Source: Lingula anatina
Lineage: Eukaryota; Animalia; Brachiopoda
DNA: 64,000 nucleotides
Assembly (NCBI GenBank): GCA_051362555.1
Contig: CM120642.1
Coordinates: 29,326,001 to 29,390,000, forward strand
Direction: 5' to 3'
Position numbers and translations under genes: made by a program. A model generated the notes under the pieces. It saw nothing but the letters and a program-made list of their open reading frames with translations. It made no database searches and was not told the origin of the DNA. This document shows, one piece after another, positions 52,011 through 64,000 of this stretch. Every line of letters starts with the position of its first letter. Position 1 is the first letter of the stretch.

Positions 52011-55000
52011 TGATGCTATTACAGAATGATTCATACACCATCAATCCATGATGTGGGGTACAGTCATAAAAAAGATTTTGATAAGATATGCACTACGCAA
52101 AAATCATCTACCGCTTTTACCCTTTTAGTATACTTAAGTTCGGATCATAGTATCAAAAATTCTGATTTTTTAGCTATAAATTCTCACCCCTAGCAAAAGA
52201 ATAATAACGGACTAAATCTAAAGGAAAATACACGTACAGTGTATAATATATGTGTGAAAGTGCTCAAAAATGATAAGTGGTATTCACAGGGAGGTAAATA
52301 AACATATATCTCCGAAAATACATACTAGTAGGCCTATTGTAATAGATAAATGTTAAAGAGACCACAATAGAAATAAAACAAGGACTTTCATGTGTAATTC
52401 TAGGATTTAATAACAGATCTTAGCATCAGAAATAAATTCACATATTCATTCACAATTAAATCAGACCATTGTTCATGCCGGTGTAAAAGTCGATGGCATC
52501 GCCAATAAATATTTTTTCAGCCTGATGAACGTTATTCTATAGGTACTGGTATATCATTCTTTTTACTATTTTTTTAAGCTATCTGACTATCTTTTATAGA
52601 TCGAGTCTTGCTTAGTGATACAGATAAACGTTTTTACATTCCTGACTGTAATCAATAAAAGATAATATTACTTTATATCTGATCAGTAAGAAAACTTTGC
52701 TTTACGTTCTTGAATGACATTATTTACACGTAAAAATCTTTCTCTACTTCTATGGAAAAATGTAGACTGGAAAAAAGCTATTCTTATGTATCAAAAATAA
52801 ATGAGCCCAAGGATTTTGTGCATGAGTAACTTGTTTCAGAAGATTTGTCAAAATTTTTAGTTAACAATTTTTTCAGTCCTTCTCATAATCACTTGACTAA
52901 ATTACCTTTGTTAATTAATTTGATTTTCTACTAATCTTACTAACACAACAAAAATTGTTTACATGAGAATATTTATGCGTTGTATTTTTTAATATTTCTA
53001 GTCTTTCACCAGTCGTTACAAACTCACATGCTTGCACGTTACTTCTTTTGAAAACTTTACCAATCAGCAATGACCTTACGGTAAACATTAAAAGAAATCA
53101 ACCGAAAAAAAGGAACGGACGGACTCACAATAAGCCATGTCGGTTGCAGCATTTAGGTTTAGTGAGAAATGGTTGATCACAGAACTGGTGTTAGTGGAGT
53201 CGGACCAGAGAACCCGTGAGACTTAAACCTGACTGATTGGAACCGCCAACCTTTGCTGTAATCGATGCAAATTTCATTAACTTCTTGGCAATATATACGC
53301 TGCAAAGCCGTGTAAAACAAGCCATAAAATTTGATTTGCTACAGCCTATTCTCTGAAATTAGATATGAGCGAAACAAGACATCTGTGCCGTTGTGGGACT
53401 GATGGTAAAGATATACTACTGTTAATGTTAATTGAACCGAAATAGCAATTTCTCATTATTGAAATCATTAATAAATATTCAGCGGCTCCAGAAAGCTAGC
53501 ATCTGAGCCGAAGGAAGCTGACCCATTCGCATCAGAACGGTACATAGAAAACGGAGAAAAAAAAAAACGTTGCGCTTGTTTAGGGGCTATGCTCATCAAG
53601 TCCAGGTAAATAAATATTGAAACACCTTAATGAATATTAAGCTTTAAGATCACTCGGTGGAAAAATCCCTGCGAAACCACACCTCATTTGTCTAGTTCTC
53701 AATGTTATCTCATACGCATTGTTCCACAATCTCAGCACGCTTTGTCTGACAAATATGTCACATAGAGGTGAAAACAAAATTAGGACCAGTGCCCTACCAT
53801 TAACTTCAATCTATCGGTGATCTACTGCTCTACTGGAACCCGGGGGGCGTTGCTTATTGTCTAAGCTGAGGCGTCTACCTGTGTAATGCAGTACTTTCTG
53901 CCCTTGGTGACCGGACCTAATGTTGTGTAATGGAATTTTTGACTTCATTCACCAGGTGTAAATCAGCGACGGCGGCGGCGGCATCGGTATGAATATCAAA
54001 GGGACGGTGACCGCACTGCATAAGCAGACAATGTCGTATAGGACTATATTTATTACTAAAATTACTTGTCCTTAATTATCAGTTTGGTAATTTCTGAGGC
54101 TTCCTTCTTAACTTTTAAGTGTAATATTGATGTGTGCATTGGAATTGCACTCGCACTAAACCAATTTAAGTATCCAGTCTAATGGGTAGAAGACCGTGAT
54201 GGAAGTGGTGAATTATTTCATTATCAGTGATAACACTGAAGCACCTTTCAATATGTTATTTGATTTAAAAAAATGAAAAAAAGGCCAATATTGTATACAT
54301 GTTTACTTGCATTCTTAAAAAGTTAAAACTTTTTGGTTTAATTTCAACTATTTTTGAAAATAGCATTTTAACAAGAAAGAAAAAAATCTTTTACTCCGAA
54401 TAAACCCAATTGCTAATTCCAATCCAAGAAAAAAATATCATCGTTACTATCTATGGTTTAGCACCTTTTAGTAGACCCATGTTCTTTATCTTCATCTTTT
54501 TATTTTTAAAATTTAATTATTTTATTTTATTTACTTATAATTTTTTTTTTTTTTTTGGGGGGGGGTGCATCTGGGCAAGATTTTTCCTGTAGCATTCTTA
54601 TGCCTTTATTTCAATTTTTTTACATCGCGCTCCTGACAAATTTTGAAGTGCACCCACAAAAATGTTTTTTAGAGAAACAAACGTGAAAGAGAAAGGCGGT
54701 AGGTACATACACTAAGTGTAAAACGTTTTTATATACATGCTTTTTAAAATTTTGCTTCTCCATACAACTTTCAAAATAAAAAAATTCAGTGCGATATATT
54801 TTGTCATTTGTTTTGAGCAGTTAAAATGCCATTGTTCTCTTTTGTACTTACGCCCATATCACGTGCGGGAGCGAGATACTCACGAAACCGATCTCACCAC
54901 AAGTCGCATGCCTGGCGTCCCAAATCTCTGTAAATGTTGTTTAATAAACTACCAATGAAATAAAACCACAATAAATCGGGAAAAGCTAATTCAAGCTCAA

Positions 55001-56252
55001 AGTTATCCTTTAAGGGCGACAGAATGTCTACATGGCTCAGATTTCGCTACGGTTTTTAACGGCATTCACTTGGGCGGGCTCGGATGTGAAGAAAGCACTA
55101 GAGCGAAAAACCGGCAACCGATATAATAGCATTTTGATTGATAAAAAATGTAAACATGGTTATAAAAGTAAATTTGAAAACCAATTTAGTTTGTTTGAAG
55201 AGAAAATTAATTCTTCAGCAACTAAAACCTCATCTGCAACTTTTTTGCCCTTTTTTTACATGGTAAAAATGCAACCAATGAAAATAGCATGCTTTTATTT
55301 TATTCATATAAACAATGTGACCTTTGGTTTTTCCTGAAACTCGAAAACTGTTGTTTTTAATTTAAAAAAAAGCATTTGGAAACCCTACTTAAAGTATCTC
55401 ATTGTATTTCATCTTTTTAGGTGAGGAGATTTATAAATTTATTAAGTTAGCTGGGTGTTAGCAAATGGAAACGCTTCTCTGTAAGGAAAGAGGATAATGG
55501 TCACCTCGAAATAATTTGATATGAATTAATGGTCCCATGTCTTGGAAGGGAAAAACACCAATTCTTTAATACTGTCAAAAATGGATAATTTGCCATTATC
55601 AAAAAGATATTCTATTAAAAATAATTGTCACACGTGAAGCATGGAGATTTTGAAATGATTTCTAAACTTGCTTCCACTTTTTAAATTTAAGTTCAGAGGT
55701 CTTCGTGTGTTTAAATTAGAAATACCCATCTAGTTTTAATAAATTTCTTTCCCACGATTTATAGTCCCTGCTTAATAAACATCCGAGTGTCACCGTCATC
55801 TTAACTGAAGATAGCGACCATTTCAGTATACACTAGGAGACCTTTTGTGCCAATTAGACTTGATTTATGCTTCTAATTGTTTCAAACAGTTCTCTGGTCT
55901 TCTACTCCTTCTTTTGAGTACAAATTTAACATGAATGCGTTTCCTTTTGAGACCCCACACGAAAGCGTCATTGACGGAGTCTTGCCTCTGAAGATAATGG
56001 TCGGGATGATGAGCGTCGATAATGAGTTCGTTCGTGTCTTGAGGACGGCTTACGGGCTCAGGTAACGGGGTTACACCGACCTGTTTTGTCTACAAGATCA
56101 CGACACTCGAAATCACATTATTATCGAGACAGTCTCTGTCGCCAACGACAGACACGAATTAAAAGCGTGCTTTGAGAAATAGATACTCCATTGTGGTTTC
56201 GAGATGTTTCGGTTTCTGACACAAACACAGGCACGCACGCATACACTTACAC

Positions 56253-56256
<4 letters not shown>

Positions 56257-56306
<50 letters not shown>
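56257..56306. repeat. (AG)n microsatellite
   Basis: Directly visible. Confidence 0.97.
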
Positions 56307-56308
<2 letters not shown>

Positions 56309-58765
56309 AAAAAGGGAGTTTAAACAAAAAATTGAAGGTTTTATAATAAAGAAATGGTATGTCCCAAAATAAAACTGTTTTATTTATCATCTATTGGCAA
56401 TCTATTGGCGATAATATGTCCCAGTGGAAGTTTTTATAAAATTTTGATTAAAATTTGAATTTCAAAATTTGGCTTTAAAGAAATGAATATCAAAGATTGT
56501 CATTAAAGGTTACATGACCATTGTAGTTTCTACAAGGGATTAATATAAGTTAGATATAAGTAGCAGTTATTCTTGAACTGTGACCAAAAAAAAAAAAAAA
56601 AAAAAAAAAAAAAACACACACACAAACCACAGTAGGTACACTGCCCCTCCCCCCCAAAAAAATTTTTTTTCGTGCAGTCATGCCTAACAATGGCTAATAA
56701 TTTGCTAAAATTAACATCTTATTATTTGCCAATACATGTATAACTCAATAATTTCCTATCAAATGACCGGATGAGTGTGTCACATGTTCAAGGACGTCTA
56801 CTTGGCTCCCAGAAAAATGTCTGGGCCACCGGGAGAACCACTGACGACATTTTGCAATAAAACAGTGTCGTGACTACGTGAGTGGACCCCGTGTCGCCAG
56901 TTAGCCATGGCGTGACTGCTAGATCCCTTGAGATATGGAGATGACCAGCGCCAAAGGCGGCATTTTATTCATCTCGGCCCCCTCGATCCCGTTGTATGGA
57001 GATGAGTGGTCCGGGGGTTCTGCCTTCAGGGCAGGGTCAATAAGTGCAAGTTCGTGTTTTGCTATTATAAGGTAACTTTAAGCTTACGTCTTGAGGTGAA
57101 GAAGCAAGGGGAGTTGTCCACTGTTGCTCTTGGATCATCGTAGAAGTCTAAAATGCACGTCCAGTTAGTGCCACAGTGGTAGAATTGTGTTGTCCGCATG
57201 AAATGATTATTTTTTGTATACACGTTAAGGTTGACATTTTGTTCTGATTGTAAAGAAGTAGTTGAATTCTTTTTCCTAAGTATTACATTTTCATAATTTT
57301 GAAACTGGATGGCATACAGTTCATTTTATCTCCTTCTTATATTTAAGTAGGGTATCAAGGTCATGAAATATTTGATAAAAAAGTAACCTAAACATCATTC
57401 ATAAAAAAGACTCAAAAGAAGCGTCTGTCTGCTACACGAGGCGTTCAATGACAAAACGAATTTTTGTCTCGGAATTTCAGCTTGCAAGATCAAAAACCTC
57501 TTCGTCGTTATAAAAATTACCGACAGCTTTCTAACTCCATGAGACAAGTTAAAGTAGCGATTTATTTTGATGCATGAGTTTGATGTGTGCTTGGATACAT
57601 TAAAACGCTCTTACTCAGGCGTAAGTGACTGAAGTTACGCGAGAAGTCCCTTGTTCAAAGGGCCACCATTAACTCTAGCAAAGTGCGATACTCCAAGAGG
57701 TAATCTTTTTAACATACTCTTGCTATTTACCTACATCATCGATCCAAACGCGCTTCTTCTGACATTATTAAGGCATGAATTGACTACACCCAAGCGTTAT
57801 ATTTTTTATTCTGCTAAAAAGTCCTTCACTCATTTTTTTCTAAGTCTTAGATCTAGATCAGTTTAAAAGTAACTTAATCCGTGTATAAGATGTGATACAG
57901 CCTTAGTACATTTACGAAATTTTTCATAAAAATTAACGATGAGTTTGTGTTCCAAAGAACAATGCACGTTTTCATCAACGACAGAATGTTTTTTAAATTC
58001 TTTTCTTTTGTTTGCACATTTTCGATGTCTAAAATACTCGTAAACCTGGAGAAAGCACCGAAGTTAAGTGTTCAAGCACTTTTAACGTATATAAAAAGTT
58101 GATTCGTTTCATTGTTTCTGTTTTGTAAACCGCGGTCATGACGTGAATTTTCTAATAAAAAAGCGATAGCTTCCAGGTGCGATTTCGCTTAATAATCTAC
58201 GTACACCAAGTGCACTTTTCTCAAAGAACAGCGTCTTATTTGTGCAAATTTCCCTTTCCACTATTTTTTTCAATCACAGAATAAACACATTTTCCCCCAC
58301 TACAACGAAATGTTTTCAGTGGCTCTCAAAATAATAAACGCAAAAATGAAAATAACGCGCTCTAGATCTGCCCGGTACCTTTTCAAGTGTTCATTATTAT
58401 AAAGAAAGTGTGACCACGATGTTTACATTTGCGTTCGGGAAATGATTGATGAGGGTATGTTACACTTCATGACGGAATGTCAGCTGATAAAAGAGTGGCC
58501 TGTCTTCAGGAGACAAATGTTTATACCGCCTAAGTTCATGTTTACCAAACTCTCTTCATATTAAAACAACAACACGTTTCCACGCTACCGGCGTGGCACC
58601 CTACGGTCTTTTGCCGTGTGCTCTTGGGTTACCAGGTGGGGTGTTTATTTCTCAAGTTAAGCTACCTTTTTAATAAAAATGGGCAACTTGTGAAGAAACA
58701 CTTAAAGTAGTAATAGCCATATATAGTCTATATACCCATCCTACTATAAAAGCACGCCTCATATT

Positions 58766-58766
<1 letters not shown>

Positions 58767-58807
<41 letters not shown>

Positions 58808-58808
58808 G

Positions 58809-58848
<40 letters not shown>
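58767..58848. repeat. Interrupted (AG)n microsatellite
   Basis: Directly visible. Confidence 0.97.
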
Positions 58849-58850
<2 letters not shown>

Positions 58851-61800
58851 CGTAACATGCAAGCACGTTTTAGAGGTCAAAATGCAGCACGTTGCAGCAG
58901 CTTGCACTGGAGCGCGTCAGTCAAATAAATTGACTCACAAGAAAAAAACGCTACCGAATAATCACGATATAAAGATAAGTAATAGAGTTAAACTGGACAG
59001 ACAGGTTAATTTTAAAACTAAACTCCAACCAAGAAAGAAATTGAGACAACTACAAACTCAGGGCAAAGAACCTTTTTTGTGCATTTTTTTTTTTTTTTTG
59101 ATAAAATTTGAGAACATTTTGAAAGAGTGACCCCTTAATGCAGGGCTAATTGGTTAAAACAAACTAGACACAGAATGGGGTTGCAGGACGTAACGGGAGA
59201 CGGTTTGGAACGCCTGCTCATGTGGGCTCGGCCTTGAAGAGCTGTCAAAGCACCGGCAGAAGAATACCCTCTTGTACTGACATAACGCCCTGTCTTTTAT
59301 TAAAAAAGAAAAGACTTCTACTTAGTCACGTGCAGTATTTCATGACCGCATATTCATTGCGGTGAGACTCAACCTTTAAGTTGCATTGATGACATCTTTG
59401 TTCAAGGCATACTATACCGTTATTACTTGACCCATAAGTTACTGTTGGATTTTTCATATACCTATATGGCTCATGTCACTCATATGCCTCACTGATACCC
59501 AATGCAGCATACCCCGCATCCATCTAGGTATCGCCACTAATGCAAACTTACGTATACAGCATACAGAAAAATATCAATTCACCTATGATTATAATTGTTA
59601 TGACGCAGAGCCTAATGATCCTCTTCTTTTCTTTTTAATCTTTGCCATTATTAAATTGAAATACTGGAGCGTATTGAAATACTAGTGCAAATTAATATAA
59701 TGGAATACGAATGCAAAAAAAAAAAATAATAATAAATAAATACAATCAGAGAATTTTGTCACAACCAGAAAAGATGAGTTGGAATTATTGGAAAAAAATT
59801 CCAACCATGCAATAATACATTAAACTCGTTTGTTATTTCTAGCTTTCCGTTCTTATCAATGAGGCATTTTTTCTGACCATTTCCACCACAGTAGCAATTA
59901 AATAATCAATCGCGTCTCCCTCCCACTTTCTAATCGGAACTTGTTTATCGCGGAGTAACGCCACCGCGTCTGAACACTGACAGCATACACTAACAGTTGA
60001 TTTTTTTCCTCAATCCTAGTTATTTTAGTCTCTGTATCACTTGCTGCTCAAACCCCTCAGCCTGTCGAAAACGATTTTCTAGACCCATATATTAGTTACC
60101 AATGTTTTAAAGGTTAGATTGTAGAGACAGCTACCAATACAAGGTGAGCGTCCACACCATGGGGATAAAAGACTTGTAGTTATCATTAATTTGGGTTAAA
60201 GTTATCTGGTTTAAATATTTTAGTCATTTTTAGTCATTCTCGGTAGCAATATGCTACTACTTTAAAATATAAATCACACGTGATACAGAATAAGGCATCT
60301 ACTTCTTATATGCTGTCATTCTTTTTCTGATATTTAGCATAAGCAATCAATTTTTAATCTAGCGGAATCAACAAATGGAAATCAAAGCTACTTAATTTAT
60401 TTTATAAAAACCTTCTTTAGAACAGGCGGACGAAAATAGAAATTCTCTTTTGCTTTTACTAAGACATTTTAAACGATCTTTCCTTGTATTGATCGGGGAA
60501 TTGCTCCAACATAAGCATATTGATTTCAGTACCACGTGCCTGCTTCTAGTAATTAGATTTGTAAACTTGTAATTTACATGCTACGTCGATTCAATGAGTC
60601 CCTCAATAAATTTGAAATAAGTACTACACCGGTCGCTTGAATTATCTTCTTCGTTCTTTTCTATGGCCACACGAGACCGTCTTTCTTGTGTGTCGCCGGT
60701 TTGATAATTGGATCTTTTTTGTTTGGAATTTCCTCTGTAATTTTGACAATTTTCATTTTCTTTTCATTCATGTCACAGAACACAAAGTCGCGACAACGAT
60801 TAGGTTTTCCGATTAATTTCATTTCATGCTACGACTACTACGTAAAAGAAATAATATTTCCATCATAATAACGATAGAAGTTTAAGTTAAATTTTTATAC
60901 ACGTTTCCTGTATTTTTTTCTTTCAGATAGGAGCACGGAAAACCCCTCGAAAAGCGCAATGGAATACAACAAATACATTTTCTAACATGGAAAACACTGT
61001 TTTATTCATTGGTCATAGGTAACCACGTGTAATCCGCAAATTAGCACCACTCTTTAAAATTATTGAAGAATTTGATTTAAAACAGCACCAAGATATCTCG
61101 ATATCTAATCTCTCTTGTCTACGTGTTATTCAGTCCCTTAATTAAAAGTGACACATAGAGACCTGTATAACAACACACAGATAGATATATAAATATACAA
61201 ATGTCCACGACCTCTGTATTTACAAGTATTTAGATGTTGCGATAGGCGTGCATCAGTTCACAATGAACATACTGAACAAACACCAGCTACAATGTTTACC
61301 TCGTCTTCAACCCTTATAATAATTAACCCATTGGCTATACACACACTGGCAATGACGTGATCTTCACCGGAGTCGACTTAATAAATAAGTCCATTGACAT
61401 GAGGAAGATTTATCACTTTCCTATACGATTACGGTGTACGTTTACATGCAAGGAGTAAACAATAGTGCGGATGATCTAAGAGTCTGGGCGAGAGCGGCTA
61501 CCGCTCCCTCAGCGTCGCCGAGCGTATTTCATCGGTGACGTGGAGAAGCCGTCGATGGATCCTGCACCGATTTAACGGCAAATTGTTGACATTCCCTACA
61601 TACAAAGACCCTCTTCTCGCAGACTACTTACTCACTTACCGACGAAATTGAAGAATAAAGACACTGACCTTAATAAAATTTGGATTTAATTACAGATCTT
61701 GATAACAAAATTTTTTAAGTTCAAACCTGAAAAATGTTTTCTTCATAATATATACACTTGAAAATGCTTAAATCTGAACGCGCTAGGAAAGTTGGCAAAT

Positions 61801-64000
61801 TTAAAAAAACTCAAAATTAAAAAAAAATTATGACATGCAGTCACAGATATTCGTTTTACAACAGATACTTTCAGCAATCAACTGTACCTATGCTAAAAAA
61901 CACCCTTACCATCTTAAAGTAACATTATAAGTTACTACCAATGAGTTATTTTCATAGCTGTGATCATTTTCTTTTTGAGCAGAAAATATTCTGAACATTT
62001 TCGATAATAACAATTAAGGGTCTTAAAAAATAAATACCAGTTGGCTTTTTTTCGTGAGATTTTTCGATCTTTTCTCAACAAAACTACGCTGTTATATCAC
62101 ATGGTCAGACCACAATTGATTTATAAGTTTTTCTTGCTACTTGAACACTGTCCAACAGAGTGACTAATTATAGAAAGAAGGAAAAAAAGCCAATGATTAA
62201 GCCCCTCCAAAGCGGACACCAGGTTAAGCATACCTTGACCTTTTGGATGACTTAATTTGTGTACTGCCGATTAGGGCTCTGATCAAATTAAAATGCACCA
62301 TTTTTGCGATCATTCGCTATCCCTGTTCTGGATCCCCGACACTGAGATCAACTCTTGACTTTCATGGTAATGGGAGTTATACCGATTCCTGGCTGCAATG
62401 TCTAAGACGAGGACGCGACGTGGATATCGTCAGCGAATTACATCCCCAAATCTGGATGATCAGTTTTGGAGTCGACCTCGTAGTCACGCGTTATGAAAAG
62501 GCCTGCCCCATCAATTAACTCGATCACGACCCTGCTTAAGAACTTTTCCGCAGAAAAAAACTCAAATCTCTTGCTTAAATACTTACGAGACCGACGCTGT
62601 ACTAAGCTTTTTAACTTTTGAGCGATATACATGTAGGCTTATTTAAGATATTGTCAAAATGTCGTCTCTAAGTTTGTGCGACATGTGAACTGTTTTCACT
62701 TATATATCTTATAATAATAATCAATTACATATACCTAAATATATCTATTTATCTACACATAAACATATTTAATATAGTAATATCATAAATAATGGACACA
62801 TAGTTATGCATATTTTCATATATGATATAAATAAAATAATTCTATTTATAATAAGTCAGAAAGTAAAACACGAACAGTGTGACTTGACTTTCAACCTCAC
62901 GTTGCATGAATAAATAAAACAGTATTACACTCACACTTTATCACATCTTTTTTTGAGATTTGATTTACAGAAATTCTTGGCACAAATAAACTCCCCGAGG
63001 ATTGCTAACAGGAGAATCCTGTCAATAGCAATAATACTGTGTTTTCACAAAGGCTGACCTGAACGTTCTCCCTTGGCACGTAGTCTTCATGGTACAGCGT
63101 GCAGATATTCAGGTTTCTAATGGAATATAGTTTTTTCCTCTCTCTCTTCACTCCTCTTGAAACTGAGAAACCCCAAGCGTTACTACAGGTTGTCATGGAG
63201 ACGAGACTCGTGCGTTTACGTTACTTGGAGGTGGGGATTGATAATCACTTCAAAAGTTCTCGAACGTTCTGGGCTGAAAATCTGTAGTACGCCGAGAGTA
63301 GAGTTTCTCTTGTTTCTTTGTAATTTCTTAGTGACAGAAGCAGGTCTATTTTCTGTGAAAACCATTTGCGTAATTTGACGTAAGATTTCGCTGGATTTCC
63401 CACGGTTTTGCTGCGGTCACTCCGCTTGTTTTAACTCCTGAGCCCAAACATGTTGAGGCCAACCCGTTCTGCCCTTCCCTTTCTTCGTGTCTCCTCCGCT
63501 CAACGTGTTATTAAGTTCCGCCTAGTAAAAAAGAGAGAACGATTAGTTTGACCTCAATATTACATATTATTATATGTGAATTAAGTGTTTTTTAATTGCA
63601 AATTAAAAAATCCACAATGGTAACGGGCGATTGAACGCCACTGAAAAGGTAAACAAGGGCTTTATGCATGGACAACGCAAAATAATAATAACAACATCAC
63701 AATAATTTATCGTGTTAATTCAAAGTTCATTATAAATTTGAGTATTTTCCTGAAATATTTTTTATTAATGTACGAACAACCGTTTTCTGCGACCTGAATC
63801 AAGCTTCTCGTTCAAAATGTAATATTCCTGCCACGAAACCTCAATTCTGGAAGTGCCGATCGAGTGGCCCTAATGTATTTATACCAGAGATACATCTTAA
63901 GATAAAGCAATACTTTCGAGTCTACTAGCACTTAAACAAGTCTCCATTAGGCTCGCCGTTCTCTCAATCAAACCCGACATTTAAAGGCAAAGTGAATTTA

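Overview
This is AT-rich, intron-containing animal genomic DNA. The repeat repertoire and gene set suggest a lophotrochozoan such as a mollusc, which is an inference. Gene models were rebuilt by hand from GT-AG splice sites. In order along the window they are: the 5' end of an AASDH-like NRPS-type adenylation enzyme (-, missed by the ORF track); ANAPC10 (+); two tandem five-exon yellow/MRJP-family genes (-) with signal peptides and GPI-like tails; an intronless egghead/bre-3 beta-1,4-mannosyltransferase (-); an unidentified two-exon gene (+); an HNK-1ST/CHST-family sulfotransferase (+); aspartylglucosaminidase (-); tRNA-Glu(TTC); and a DUF229 membrane protein (-). Many non-autonomous DNA transposons are present. 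Highlights are the yellow duplication (breakpoint inside ANAPC10 intron 2, with one copy lacking 20 conserved residues), a decayed ISL2EU/Harbinger-type transposon carrying a THAP11-like zinc finger, and an 86-bp-arm palindrome that appears to come from fold-back at a transposon end. Positions 52-64 kb contain no gene I can identify. Protein comparisons are from memory, not from database searches.
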